Counted from the first letter of the stretch, positions 1-10,563 are shown. The stretch: DNA of 64,000 bases from Candidatus Lindowbacteria bacterium RIFCSPLOWO2_12_FULL_62_27 (GCA_001784175.1 MFPR01000028.1:263614-327613), one strand, 5' to 3'. Notes: generated from the letters alone by a model not told the origin. A program made the numbers and translations.

Positions 1-3000
1 AACCGAACCGGTTTCCTGAACAATCAAGGCAATAACTTTGACTATGGAAGGAACTGGTGGGGAACAACCGATGAGCTGAGAATAAGAACGTTAATTACTG
101 ATACGTCGACCGGTATCAAACTAAGCCCCTATAGATTGGGCATTGTCGACACGACATCCGGCGCCGACACGACGGCGCCGCTGCCGCCGGTGAATGTTTC
201 CGTCACCGCCGATTCGACCGGCCAAATCGCGTTGTCGTGGACGATTCCGACCGTGAATGAGGAAACAAACGGCGGCGCGGTCGGATACAGCGGCGCAAAA
301 ATCTATCGCCTGACGAACACGGCCGACACGAACAACTGGGGTAATACGGCCAACCTCGTCTGGACCGCCGGCTCCAGCGCCACCTCTTGGACCGACACCA
401 CGACGCTGGCGGGCAACACCTATTACTATCGCCTCACGTCGATCGACGGCAACGGCTTCGTCAACCAGTCGTTCTTTACGGACACCAAATGGGCCACCGC
501 CACGCGCACGGTCTGGTACGTGAACGACACGTACTCATCCGCGACCGACTCATTCACGTACATCGCAGGCTCCGACACAGGCTCCGCCGACGGCTCGCCG
601 TCCAAGCCGTACCGGAGCGTCGCGAAGGTGATGCAGTTCGCGAAGTCGTACGACACGATCTATGTAGATGCTGGCCTCTACGCTGATACGTATGTCGTCG
701 TGTCGGGTACAGAAAAGGCTGCGTTTAAGATTGACACGGACTATCTGACGCTCATCGGGAAGGACTCGAGCTCCGCAGTGATTGATCCGCCCGGATCTCT
801 TAGCGGCTCAGGTTCCACGAGACTAATCGGTATCTATGCTTCGAATCGAAAGGGTGTGGCTATACACAACATCGGAATCGTCGGAGCCGATTACGGCATA
901 TATTTCGACAATGTTGATTCGTCGTCAATTGTCTTGGATAGTGTGTCAAATAGTGTCGTCGGGTTTTTCTTGGCTAATGGTTCAGATTCAAATGTGTTTC
1001 AAGATAATTTCACTTCCTTCAACAATCAGGGCCATGAGGGAGGTGATGAAAAGGCCGGCTATGGTTATTATCTCGATGCCTCCGGCAAAAATATGCTTTT
1101 GAACAATGTTTCGAATAGTGATTCGGGTGGAATTGCGATTAGGTTTAGTTCCGGTAATTATCTTTACAAGAATAGAATTTCGAGAAATACCACCGGGTCA
1201 GGAATAGGCCTTGCTGGGTCCGCCAGTAATGTTCTAAGTGAAAATACCATCGAATCAAAGTCTGTGGGCATAAGTATGGGTGTCGGGTATGCCGGAAATT
1301 ATCGTGCTTGTTCCAGTAACATTATTGTAAGAAACAAATTGATCAATAATGACACATGTGGAATCTACTTAGTAGTCATTGATGTTGATAGTAATGCGTT
1401 TGTCCAAAATGAAATCTCAGGTGCCGAAACGGGTATTCTTATTTCTAATTATTATAGTGGCACGCCTCCTCCCAGCAATATTTTCATAAAAAATAACATA
1501 TTCGCATCAAAGGTTAGGGATGTCTATAGTACAGCACCTTCTGCGCAGTACTTCTCAAGAAACTGGTGGGGAACAACTGACGAAGTGACAATAAAATCTA
1601 AATTTCTTGATACCATTTCAACATTCATTCCCTACCGAATCGGTCTCGTTGATACAAGTATTGGCGCCGACACCACCGCTCCCGGCCTACCGGCGAGCGT
1701 GACGCTCGACACGGCCTCTCCCGGTTTGATCAAACTCACATGGACCATCCCGACCGTGGATGAGGAGACGAACGGGGGGTCGGTTGGGTATGCCGGGGCG
1801 AAGATTTATCGTCTCAAAGGCATTCCGGACACGACGCAATGGGCGAACAGCGCTCTCCTAGTGTGGACCGCCGGCTCTTCGGACACGACGTGGACGGACA
1901 CGGGGGCGAAGGAGGACACGACGTATTATTACCGGCTGACGTCGTTTGATTCGGCGACGTACGTGAACCAGTCGTTTTTTACGGACACGAAGTGGGCGAA
2001 ACCGACGAGCGCCGGGGTTGTGCGGTTTTTTGAGGACACCGGATTTACCGACGAGGTCGACACGTATCTGACGCGCGATTACATTCTGATCGAGGTGCGG
2101 GACACGGACGAGAACCGCAACTCGAGCGCGAGCGAGACCGTGACGGTCAAGGTCTACGTGGGGAACGGGACGACCGAGGGGGACTCGGCAGGGCTGGTGC
2201 TGGACACGGAGACGATTCTCTTGACCGAAGTCGGTCTTGCGTCGGGCATCTTCCAGTGTTCGCCTGTCATTGTGACCGACTCCAAGGTTCCGGCGTCGGG
2301 TGACGGAATCATCAGTTGGGGCCGCGGGGACACGGTCTACGTCATTTACACCGACTCGAACGACGCCAACGACACGGCCATCGACACCGCGCTGGCGATC
2401 GAGATCGCGTCCACATCCCGCGTTCAATTCTACGACGACACCGCCTTCACCGACGACGTCGACACCTACAAGACGCGTGATGTTTTGTACGTGGCGGTCT
2501 TCGACACGGACGAGAACCGCAACCCCCAGAGAAAAGATACGGTTTCTGTCACCGTTTACGTCGGCCTCAACACCTCCGGACTCATCACCGATACCGAGGT
2601 GATCACGCTGACCGAAAGCACAGAAACGAGCGGCATATTCCTGCTGTCGGCCGGGATCAACCTGACCGATACCGCCGCGACGACGTCGAACAACGGGTTT
2701 CTGACCTGGGCCACGAGCGACACCCTGCAGGTGGACTACCTCGACGTGACCGGCGGCACGACCGACAGCGCCTCCGACACGGCGCTGCTGGTCGACACCG
2801 ACGTCCAGTCCTATTCCGGGCCCGTCTGGTATGTGAACGACACCTCGACGACCGGCGATATTTACACCTCGGCCATCGGCTACGACACCTCCGCCGGCGT
2901 CGGGTCGGCCTCCGCGCCGTTCAGGTCCGTCTCGATGGCCCTCCGGTCAGCCAAATCCGGCGACACGATTTACATCGACGCCGGCCGGTACGGCGATACG

Positions 3001-6000
3001 GGATATGACACCTTCGCCAATTACACCGAAACGGCCGCCTTCCGGATCGACACCGACTACCTCACGATCATCGGGAAAGACTCAAACGCGACGGTGATCG
3101 ATCCTCCGGGATCGAACACGACCGTCGGTCTCTATGCCATCTATGCTGACAGCCAAATCGGACTTGTCATCAAGAACCTCGGAGTGACGGGCGCCTACGA
3201 CGGTATTCATTTCGTGAACGTCGATCTGTCAACGATCACGGGCGACAGCGCAAGCTCAAACAGCAGCAGCAGCGCCGGCGCGGGCGTCTATCTTCTGAAC
3301 GGCTGCGACACCAACACGGTGAGCAACAACACGGCCAATTCGAATTTCATCGGCATCCTGGTGGATACTGGTTCGAACAATACGATCAGCAACAACACGA
3401 CGACTTCGAATTCATGGGCCGGCATCCTTCTGGCCTGGGGTTCGAACAACACAGTGGGCAACAATACCGCCAATTCCACGACCCAGGGACACGGCATCGA
3501 TCTGGAATACACCTCCAGCAACCGGGTGAGCAACAACACGGCCAAATGGAATTCGTGGGACGGCATCGTTCTGAACGGGAGTTCGAACAATGTTGTTGTT
3601 CAAAACATGCTGGATTCCAACGCGAAGTACCAGATCTATATCGACGGACCATCCTCATCGGATACGGTTGCCAAGAACAACATCCGGACATCGCCGACGA
3701 ATCCCGACAGCGGGGTGTTCAACGGGACCAACAACGCCCTTGATTTCACCCGCAACTGGTGGGACACGACGGACGAGGTGCGGATCGGCAAGATGATTTA
3801 CGACACGGCGACGGCAGTGAAAATCACGTGGCGCCCGTATCGCCTCGGCCCGGTCGATACCGCATCCGGCGCCGACACGACCGCGCCCGGGCTGGTCGCG
3901 GGCGTGTCGCTCGATACGAGTGTCGGAAACATCGTCAAGCTCACGTGGACGATCCCGACCGTCAACGAGGAGACGAACGGGGGGACGTTCGCTTACAACG
4001 GCGCGCGGATTTACCGACTGCGCAACACGGTCGACACGAACCACTGGGGCAACCCGGCGAACCTCGCGTGGATCGCGGGCGAGTCGGACACGCAGTGGAG
4101 CGACACCGGCGTTGTGGGCGGCGAGACGTACTATTACCGCATCACGTCGCTCGACTCGGCGACATACGTCAACCAGTCGTTTTTCACCGACACCCAATTC
4201 GCGAAGGCCGATTCGGCCTACGCCGGGCCGAAGTGGTACGTGAACGATACATACTCGTCCTCGGCCGACTCGTTCACGTACGCGGGCGGGAATGACACGA
4301 GCTTGAGCGTGGGCGACGGCTCGACCTCAAAACCGTTCCGCAGTGTCGCCCGGGCCTTGCAGAAAGCCAAATCGGGCGACACGATCTACGTCGACGCCGG
4401 TCTCTACGCGGACACGTACGTGTGGGTGTCGAGCACGGAGACGGCGGCGTTCAAGATCGACACCGACTACATCACGGTCGTCGGCAAGGATTCGGCCGCC
4501 AGTGTGATCGACCCGCCGGGCGATTCGATGAACCGCCGGGTCTATGGCGTATACGCGACCGGCCGGGTGGGCCTGACGATCAAAAACCTCGGCGTGACAG
4601 GCGCCGGATACGGGATCAACTGGCTCAACGTCGACTCCTCGACCCTCTCCGGCGACGGCGTCAGTTCCTGCGGCTTTTACGGCATCGCGCTCGGAAGCGC
4701 GTCCGACTCCAACACCATCAGCGGCAACCTCACGTATTGGAACGACAGTTACGGCATTTATCTGGAATCTAACCGGAACAACTCCGTGACCAACAACCTA
4801 TCGAGCTGGAACGGCATCCAGGGCATTTTCATGAACTTGAGTTACTCCAACACCGTCTGCAGCAACACCCTGAAGGCCAACTTCTTTTCCGGCATCTACC
4901 TCGAATCCTGCACCGGCAACAGCATCTGCGGCAACACGGCGGACTCGAACAACAACTACGGCATCGCGCTGACGAACGCGTCCAAGTCGAACCAGATTTA
5001 CAGCAACCTCGTCACGTCGAACGGCGAGTACGGCATCAAGATCGATTCAAGCGCCGATAACCTCGTGCGGAACAACCTCGTGCGATCCAATTTCCGCGTC
5101 GGCGTGCAGATTCTGAACTCCGACACGAACACGGTCACGCTGAACGACATCGCCGGCAACGACACCGGCGTGCGCCTGCAGGGCGTCTCGCGGAACAACC
5201 TGATCACAAAAAATAATTTCCTGTCCCGCATCAGCGCCAACGTCTGGAACGCGTCGGCGCAGACCGACACGATCACCTTCAACTGGTGGGGCACGACGGC
5301 GGAGGATTCGATCACGGCGCTGATCGCCGACACCGCGTCCAACGCGTTCCGGCCCTACCGCATCGGCGTCATCGACACGACGCCGGGCGCCGACTCGACC
5401 GCGCCCGCGCCGCCGGTGGGGGTGGCGCTGGACACGAACACATACGCGGGCCGGATCGTGGTCACGTGGACGATCCCGACGGTGAACGAGGAGACGAACG
5501 GGGGGACGGTGAGCTGGGCGGGGGCGTATGTGTATAGGACGAATAAGACAGATACGACCCACTGGGCAAACACAGCAAATCGAGTATGGATCTCGTCGTC
5601 GACGGCGACGTCGTGGACCGACACCGGCGTCACGGCAGGCGAGACGTACTATTACCGCCTGACGTCGATCGACGGCTCCGCCGTGCCCAACCAATCGTTT
5701 TTCACCGACACCAAGTGGGCGATCCCGCAGGCCGAAACGCAGGGCCGCAAGTGGTACGTGAACGACACGTACTCGTCGTCGACCGACTCGTTCACGTACG
5801 CCGCGGGATCGGACACCAGTTACGGTGACGGCACCGTCAACAAGCCGTACCGGTCGGTCGCGAAGGCGCTGCAGGGGGCGAAGTCGGGGGATACGATCTA
5901 CGTGGACGCAGGCCTGTACGCGGACACGTACGTGCTCGTGTCGTCGTCCGAAACGGCTGCGTTCAAGATCGACACCGATTACATCACGATCATCGGCAAG

Positions 6001-9000
6001 GACTCGAACGCTACCGTGTTCGACCCGCCGGGGGCGAAAACGGTGGAGGGTCTGTTCGGCATCTACGCCGACACCCAGACGGGTCTGGTCATCCGTGACC
6101 TCGGGGTGACCGGGGCGCTGGCCGGCATCGCGTTTTTAAATGTCGACTCCTCGACGATTTCCGGCGACAGCCTGTGTTCCAATGACGTGGGCGTCTATTT
6201 CGCGAGCGGTTCGGACAGCAACACCGTGACCGGCGTGACGGCCCGTTACAATGGGATCGGGATATATCTCGATTCAAGCTCGTCCAACGCCATAAGGAAC
6301 AACATGGCTGATTCGAATTCAAATTTCGGCGTCTATCTCAAGACCAGCGCGTCCAACACGATCAGCGGCAACACGGCCGATTCGAACTCCGTCGCCGGCA
6401 TCTATCTGAATTCTTCCTGGAACAACACGCTGGAGACCAACGCCGCCCGGTTCAATGCTTCCGCCGGCATCTATCTTGCGTCATCCCGGAGCAACACGCT
6501 CTACGGCAACGCGGCCGACTCGAACGCGACCTACGGTTTTTATTTCACCGCGTCGGACACCAACACCCTGTCGGGCAACGCGGCCCATTCGAATTCGGGC
6601 TTCGGCATCCGGCTGGTGTCGAGTTCCTACAACGTTGTGACCCGCAACGCCACTGATTCGAACGCAACCGCCGGGCTATCCGTCGACACGGGAACCTACA
6701 ACACCGTGTCCGGCAACCGGTTCAGCGGCCGTTCGGCAAGCAACCAGTCCGGCATCCTGCTGGCCGGTTCGGATTCGAACGTGATCGCGCAGAACGACGT
6801 GAGCGCCAACGCCTACGGGGTTCTGCTCAACAGAACGTCCAGCGGCAATACGATCACGCGCAACAATTTCACCGGGAACACCACTTACCATGCGCTCAAT
6901 CAGGCCGGCCTGTCGCAGGCCTTCACGCGCAACTGGTGGGACACGACGGACGAGGTCACGATTTCGCAGAAATTCGCCGACACCGCCTCGGCTTTCATCC
7001 CGTACCGGCTGGGCAAGGTCGACACGACCGCCGGCGCCGACACCACCGCCCCCGGCCTGCCCGCGAGCGTGTCGGTCTCCTGCACGAGCGCCGGCTGTTC
7101 GGTGACGTGGACGATCCCGACTGTGAATGAGGAGACGAACGGGGGGACGGTGGGGTATGCGGGGGCGATCATCTATAGGACCAATACGACAGATACGTCG
7201 AATTGGGCGAATAAAGTCAACCTCGTGTGGACCGCGTCGTCGTCCGCGACGTCGTGGATCGACACGCAGGTGACGGCCGGCAACACGTACTATTACCGGC
7301 TGACCTCGTTCGATTCGCCGTCGGCGACCAGCCCGTTTTTCAATCAGTCGTTTTTCACCGACACGAAATCCGGAACTGTGTCCGCGACGGACACGACTGC
7401 GCGCGCGTGGTACGTGAACGACACGTACTCGTCTTCGACCGACTCGTTCACGTACGCGGCTGGCGCGGACACGAGCTACGGCGACGGCTCCACCTCCAAA
7501 CCCTACCGCAGCGTTGCGAAGGCGCTCCAATCGGTCAAGTCCGGTGATACGATCTTTGTGGACGCCGGGTTGTATACGGACACATACGTCATGACCTACT
7601 TGGGAGAGACGGCGGCTTTCAATATTGACACCGACTACATTTCAATCATCGGCAAGGACTCCAACTCAACGGTCATCGATCCGCCGGGGTCCGCATCGGT
7701 CTTGTTCAATAAAGTGACCCACGGAATTTTCGCCGACAGCCAAGCAGGGCTTTTGATCAAGAATCTGGGAGTCACCGGCGCGTATGACGGCATCCATTTC
7801 GAAAACGTCGACTCCTCGATCATCACCGGTGACAGCGTCAGCGGCACCGTCAACAGCGCCGTGACGCTGCAATACGGATGCGAAGGCAACACGGTCAGTT
7901 CCAATCTGATTGTTTCGAACAGCGGCGCAGGAATCTGGCTCTATACATTGAGTTCAGGAAATCTTGTGGACAACAACAGGGTTGATTCCAATCTCGGGGG
8001 TATCGCGCTGGATAGCAGTTCGAGTAATATTGTGAGTAATAACACTGTCAAATCCAACACCACAGGCATTGACCTGAAAAAATCTTCCAATCAAAATATA
8101 CTTCGGACCAACGTGATCAGTTCAAATCTGGCGGACGGCATTTCCCTGTCATCGAGTTCCGATAACTTCTTGGTTCAGAATACGCTGGATTCAAACGCCC
8201 AGTATCAGATTTACATCACGGGTTCCTCATCTTCCGATACCGTACTGAAGAACAACATCCGTACATCGACCCGCAATGCGGATAGCGGCGTGTTCAACAG
8301 CAGCGGCAACACGTTCGATTTCACCCGCAATTGGTGGGACACGACAGACGAGGTCAGGATTTCGAAGATGATCTATGACACGGGCGCGTCGACCAACATC
8401 AAGTTCAGTCCGTATCGTTTGGGCGCTGTCGACACGACCGCCGGCGCCGACAGCACGGCGCCCGGCCTGCCTGCGAACGTGACGGTTTCGTGCACGAGCG
8501 CCGGCTGTTCGATGAGCTGGACGATCCCGACCGTGAATGAGGAGACGAACGGCGGGTCGGTGGGATATGCGGGGGCGAAAATTTACCGATTGAAGAATAC
8601 AGTCGACACGACGAACTGGGGGAACCCCGCCAATCTCGTCTGGACCGCGTCGTCCTCCGCGACGTCATGGGTTGACACGCAGGTCACGGCCGGCAACACA
8701 TACTATTACCGGCTGACGTCCTTTGACGCCGCGACGTTCATGAACCAATCCTTCTTCACCGACACCAAATCCTCGACCGTCGTGTCGGGCGGCGTGACGG
8801 TCGACACCGTTACAGTCGTCAGCGGCAACCACCAGATCACGACGATCTCGTCGCGGCTGTCCTCGGCTCTCCGCGTGCGCCTGACCGATTCGACCGGCGC
8901 CGCGATCCCCTACGCGCGGGTGACGTTCGCGATCGCGTCGACGCCGTCGACGACCGGCGGGTATTTCCGCGACTCGTCCGCGCTCACGTCGAGCGATTCG

Positions 9001-10563
9001 GCTTGGACCGACTCCGACGGCTATGTTCAGGACACGTTCACGCTCGGAACGACGCGCGGCGTGTATCTGATCACGGCCACGTCCGATTCGAACACGTCCA
9101 AAAAGGCGCTGTTCTATGCCTACGCCGACGGCGTGGATATTACGGCGAGCAAGTGGAGGATGGTGGCGACGAACAAGACGGCCGCGACCACGTTTGGCAC
9201 GATCACGGCCGGGATGACGAGCCCGGTAGGATACGGCTGGAACGAGGCCGCCGGGGTGAGCGCCGGCGTTTCGGAATACTCGCAGCTTTCCAGCAGTTCG
9301 GCGATCGACACCGGGCGGTCGTACTGGGTGTACACCGCGTCGTCCGGCGGCTACGCGTACGTGTCCGGCTCGACGGCGTTGGACACCGTGCGCGTGGCGC
9401 TGACGGCCGGGTGGCACATGATCTCGTCCGGGCAGTATTTCTACGTGGACTGGGATTCGGGCGTGTGGTTCGACACGAACGGCGAGAAATATCTTCCGGC
9501 GAAGGCCGATTCGCTCGGGATCATCAAGAACACTTTGTTCTGGTACACCGGCTCCGGATACTACTGGGGTCCGGACCCGCTGACGGCGCAGGTATCGCAC
9601 GTGCAGATGAAACCGATGACGGGGTTCTGGCTCTACACGCCGGTTGCATGCACGATGTGGGTGGGTCCGTACCCGGCGAGCCCGGCGGAGACGTCGACGT
9701 ATATATTGCAGCAGGCGCCAAATTATAAATCTGAAGGGATTGTCCACGAAGGAGCACGAAGGGGCACGAAGGAATACGAAGGATCTGTCATGGCCGCGCA
9801 ATATGTGAACGGAGGAAGCGATGTTGACTGGGTGGTAAGATTGACGGCGGCCGCGGGGGATCAGGTGGATTTTCAGAATTATGTCGGCGTCAAGCCCACG
9901 GCGCAGGAGGCGGCGCGCTCCGCGGTGTTTGATCCGCCGGCCGCGGCTGGGAATTTTGTGGCGGTTGGAGTGAGAGCGGGAGAGGGAGCAGGAGGAGGGT
10001 GGTTGGCGGCGTCGTACGCTGAGCCCGTGACAACCGTGAAAACATGGGAGGTCAGTCTGGCGACGGACATGGACTCGCCCGTCGTGCTGTCGTGGGAGAA
10101 TGTCGCGAGCATTCCGCCGCAGTACGACGCGTACCTGATCGGCGCCCCGACCGGTCCGGCGAATTTGCGGCAGGTTTCATCGCTGGTATTGCAATCCGCA
10201 ATCCACAATCCGCAATCCGCAATCACATTGGCGGTAGGGTTGCCCGAATACTTGGCCGCGTTTCTGGCCGGCAACCTCGACCGGACGCAGACCTTCGCGT
10301 ACCCGAACCCCGGCCCGGACGGGGCGACGGGGAACGTGACGTTCAAGTACAATCTGCAGGCGGCGCAGGACATCACGGTGCGGATCTTCGACGTGGGCGG
10401 CAGACTCGTGCGGGAGTTGCGGCAAAGCGGCGTCCCGGGGTCCAATCTGCTCCCGTGGGATACGGCCAACCGATACGGGCAGAAACTCGGGTCGGGAGTC
10501 TACATTTACATCATTCAGTCCGGGGGAGAAAAACTGGTGGACAAGGTGGCGATCGTGAGATGA
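1..10563 (+). CDS. giant modular secreted surface protein (5'-partial): tandem Fn3-like + right-handed parallel beta-helix (NosD/pectate-lyase-like) modules, Ig-like inserts, C-terminal T9SS/Por sorting domain
   Basis: ORF track gives 136..10563 (3475 aa, TTG) but the frame is open from nt 1 and residues 1-135 (NFDYGRNWWGTTDEL..SPYRLGIVD) match the end of the internal repeat, so the gene continues 5' of the window. At least 6 copies of WTIPTVNEETNGG..YYYRLTS (Fn3-like), DTIYVDAGLYADTYV beta-helix start and RNWWDTTDEV cap. Last ~85 aa (YPNPGPDG..ITVRIFDVGGRLV..GVYIYIIQSG..) match the T9SS C-terminal domain. Confidence 0.85.
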   Translation, partial: NRTGFLNNQGNNFDYGRNWWGTTDELRIRTLITDTSTGIKLSPYRLGIVDTTSGADTTAPLPPVNVSVTADSTGQIALSWTIPTVNEETNGGAVGYSGAKIYRLTNTADTNNWGNTANLVWTAGSSATSWTDTTTLAGNTYYYRLTSIDGNGFVNQSFFTDTKWATATRTVWYVNDTYSSATDSFTYIAGSDTGSADGSPSKPYRSVAKVMQFAKSYDTIYVDAGLYADTYVVVSGTEKAAFKIDTDYLTLIGKDSSSAVIDPPGSLSGSGSTRLIGIYASNRKGVAIHNIGIVGADYGIYFDNVDSSSIVLDSVSNSVVGFFLANGSDSNVFQDNFTSFNNQGHEGGDEKAGYGYYLDASGKNMLLNNVSNSDSGGIAIRFSSGNYLYKNRISRNTTGSGIGLAGSASNVLSENTIESKSVGISMGVGYAGNYRACSSNIIVRNKLINNDTCGIYLVVIDVDSNAFVQNEISGAETGILISNYYSGTPPPSNIFIKNNIFASKVRDVYSTAPSAQYFSRNWWGTTDEVTIKSKFLDTISTFIPYRIGLVDTSIGADTTAPGLPASVTLDTASPGLIKLTWTIPTVDEETNGGSVGYAGAKIYRLKGIPDTTQWANSALLVWTAGSSDTTWTDTGAKEDTTYYYRLTSFDSATYVNQSFFTDTKWAKPTSAGVVRFFEDTGFTDEVDTYLTRDYILIEVRDTDENRNSSASETVTVKVYVGNGTTEGDSAGLVLDTETILLTEVGLASGIFQCSPVIVTDSKVPASGDGIISWGRGDTVYVIYTDSNDANDTAIDTALAIEIASTSRVQFYDDTAFTDDVDTYKTRDVLYVAVFDTDENRNPQRKDTVSVTVYVGLNTSGLITDTEVITLTESTETSGIFLLSAGINLTDTAATTSNNGFLTWATSDTLQVDYLDVTGGTTDSASDTALLVDTDVQSYSGPVWYVNDTSTTGDIYTSAIGYDTSAGVGSASAPFRSVSMALRSAKSGDTIYIDAGRYGDTGYDTFANYTETAAFRIDTDYLTIIGKDSNATVIDPPGSNTTVGLYAIYADSQIGLVIKNLGVTGAYDGIHFVNVDLSTITGDSASSNSSSSAGAGVYLLNGCDTNTVSNNTANSNFIGILVDTGSNNTISNNTTTSNSWAGILLAWGSNNTVGNNTANSTTQGHGIDLEYTSSNRVSNNTAKWNSWDGIVLNGSSNNVVVQNMLDSNAKYQIYIDGPSSSDTVAKNNIRTSPTNPDSGVFNGTNNALDFTRNWWDTTDEVRIGKMIYDTATAVKITWRPYRLGPVDTASGADTTAPGLVAGVSLDTSVGNIVKLTWTIPTVNEETNGGTFAYNGARIYRLRNTVDTNHWGNPANLAWIAGESDTQWSDTGVVGGETYYYRITSLDSATYVNQSFFTDTQFAKADSAYAGPKWYVNDTYSSSADSFTYAGGNDTSLSVGDGSTSKPFRSVARALQKAKSGDTIYVDAGLYADTYVWVSSTETAAFKIDTDYITVVGKDSAASVIDPPGDSMNRRVYGVYATGRVGLTIKNLGVTGAGYGINWLNVDSSTLSGDGVSSCGFYGIALGSASDSNTISGNLTYWNDSYGIYLESNRNNSVTNNLSSWNGIQGIFMNLSYSNTVCSNTLKANFFSGIYLESCTGNSICGNTADSNNNYGIALTNASKSNQIYSNLVTSNGEYGIKIDSSADNLVRNNLVRSNFRVGVQILNSDTNTVTLNDIAGNDTGVRLQGVSRNNLITKNNFLSRISANVWNASAQTDTITFNWWGTTAEDSITALIADTASNAFRPYRIGVIDTTPGADSTAPAPPVGVALDTNTYAGRIVVTWTIPTVNEETNGGTVSWAGAYVYRTNKTDTTHWANTANRVWISSSTATSWTDTGVTAGETYYYRLTSIDGSAVPNQSFFTDTKWAIPQAETQGRKWYVNDTYSSSTDSFTYAAGSDTSYGDGTVNKPYRSVAKALQGAKSGDTIYVDAGLYADTYVLVSSSETAAFKIDTDYITIIGKDSNATVFDPPGAKTVEGLFGIYADTQTGLVIRDLGVTGALAGIAFLNVDSSTISGDSLCSNDVGVYFASGSDSNTVTGVTARYNGIGIYLDSSSSNAIRNNMADSNSNFGVYLKTSASNTISGNTADSNSVAGIYLNSSWNNTLETNAARFNASAGIYLASSRSNTLYGNAADSNATYGFYFTASDTNTLSGNAAHSNSGFGIRLVSSSYNVVTRNATDSNATAGLSVDTGTYNTVSGNRFSGRSASNQSGILLAGSDSNVIAQNDVSANAYGVLLNRTSSGNTITRNNFTGNTTYHALNQAGLSQAFTRNWWDTTDEVTISQKFADTASAFIPYRLGKVDTTAGADTTAPGLPASVSVSCTSAGCSVTWTIPTVNEETNGGTVGYAGAIIYRTNTTDTSNWANKVNLVWTASSSATSWIDTQVTAGNTYYYRLTSFDSPSATSPFFNQSFFTDTKSGTVSATDTTARAWYVNDTYSSSTDSFTYAAGADTSYGDGSTSKPYRSVAKALQSVKSGDTIFVDAGLYTDTYVMTYLGETAAFNIDTDYISIIGKDSNSTVIDPPGSASVLFNKVTHGIFADSQAGLLIKNLGVTGAYDGIHFENVDSSIITGDSVSGTVNSAVTLQYGCEGNTVSSNLIVSNSGAGIWLYTLSSGNLVDNNRVDSNLGGIALDSSSSNIVSNNTVKSNTTGIDLKKSSNQNILRTNVISSNLADGISLSSSSDNFLVQNTLDSNAQYQIYITGSSSSDTVLKNNIRTSTRNADSGVFNSSGNTFDFTRNWWDTTDEVRISKMIYDTGASTNIKFSPYRLGAVDTTAGADSTAPGLPANVTVSCTSAGCSMSWTIPTVNEETNGGSVGYAGAKIYRLKNTVDTTNWGNPANLVWTASSSATSWVDTQVTAGNTYYYRLTSFDAATFMNQSFFTDTKSSTVVSGGVTVDTVTVVSGNHQITTISSRLSSALRVRLTDSTGAAIPYARVTFAIASTPSTTGGYFRDSSALTSSDSAWTDSDGYVQDTFTLGTTRGVYLITATSDSNTSKKALFYAYADGVDITASKWRMVATNKTAATTFGTITAGMTSPVGYGWNEAAGVSAGVSEYSQLSSSSAIDTGRSYWVYTASSGGYAYVSGSTALDTVRVALTAGWHMISSGQYFYVDWDSGVWFDTNGEKYLPAKADSLGIIKNTLFWYTGSGYYWGPDPLTAQVSHVQMKPMTGFWLYTPVACTMWVGPYPASPAETSTYILQQAPNYKSEGIVHEGARRGTKEYEGSVMAAQYVNGGSDVDWVVRLTAAAGDQVDFQNYVGVKPTAQEAARSAVFDPPAAAGNFVAVGVRAGEGAGGGWLAASYAEPVTTVKTWEVSLATDMDSPVVLSWENVASIPPQYDAYLIGAPTGPANLRQVSSLVLQSAIHNPQSAITLAVGLPEYLAAFLAGNLDRTQTFAYPNPGPDGATGNVTFKYNLQAAQDITVRIFDVGGRLVRELRQSGVPGSNLLPWDTANRYGQKLGSGVYIYIIQSGGEKLVDKVAIVR
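150..8760. repeat. tandem ~1.4-2.2 kb coding modules with stretches of near-identical nucleotide sequence (module boundaries near 150, 1650, 3850, 5370, 7020, 8430)
   Basis: e.g. tggacgatcccgacNgtgaaYgaggagacgaacggggg recurs at ~3946, 5466, 7108, 8518. aagtggtacgtgaacgacacgtactcgtc recurs at ~4230, 5748. 7051-7110 vs 8461-8520 ~90% identical. Confidence 0.8.
9745..9782. repeat. four direct CACGAAGG/TACGAAGG repeats at 10-bp phase, lying in-frame inside the giant ORF in an AT-rich intergenic-looking segment
   Basis: ccacgaagg agcacgaagg ggcacgaagg aatacgaagg read directly; same motif family as elements at 11068 and 12643. Confidence 0.8.
10192..10226. repeat. heptanucleotide tandem repeat (CAATCCG)x5 (3 perfect, 2 variant units) inside the giant ORF just upstream of the CTD-coding part
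   Basis: caatccg caatcca caatccg caatccg caatcac read directly; unit length not a multiple of 3. Confidence 0.85.

Noticed and set aside
136-138. ORF-track start (TTG) of the giant gene
   Set aside because: Same frame is open back to nt 1 and the upstream translation continues the repeat consensus; the gene is 5'-truncated by the window, not started here.
10044-10559. N-terminal 172 aa of ORF 10044..11024
   Set aside because: Lies entirely inside the giant adhesin gene in another frame. The recognisable GxxExxY domain begins only after the adhesin stop.
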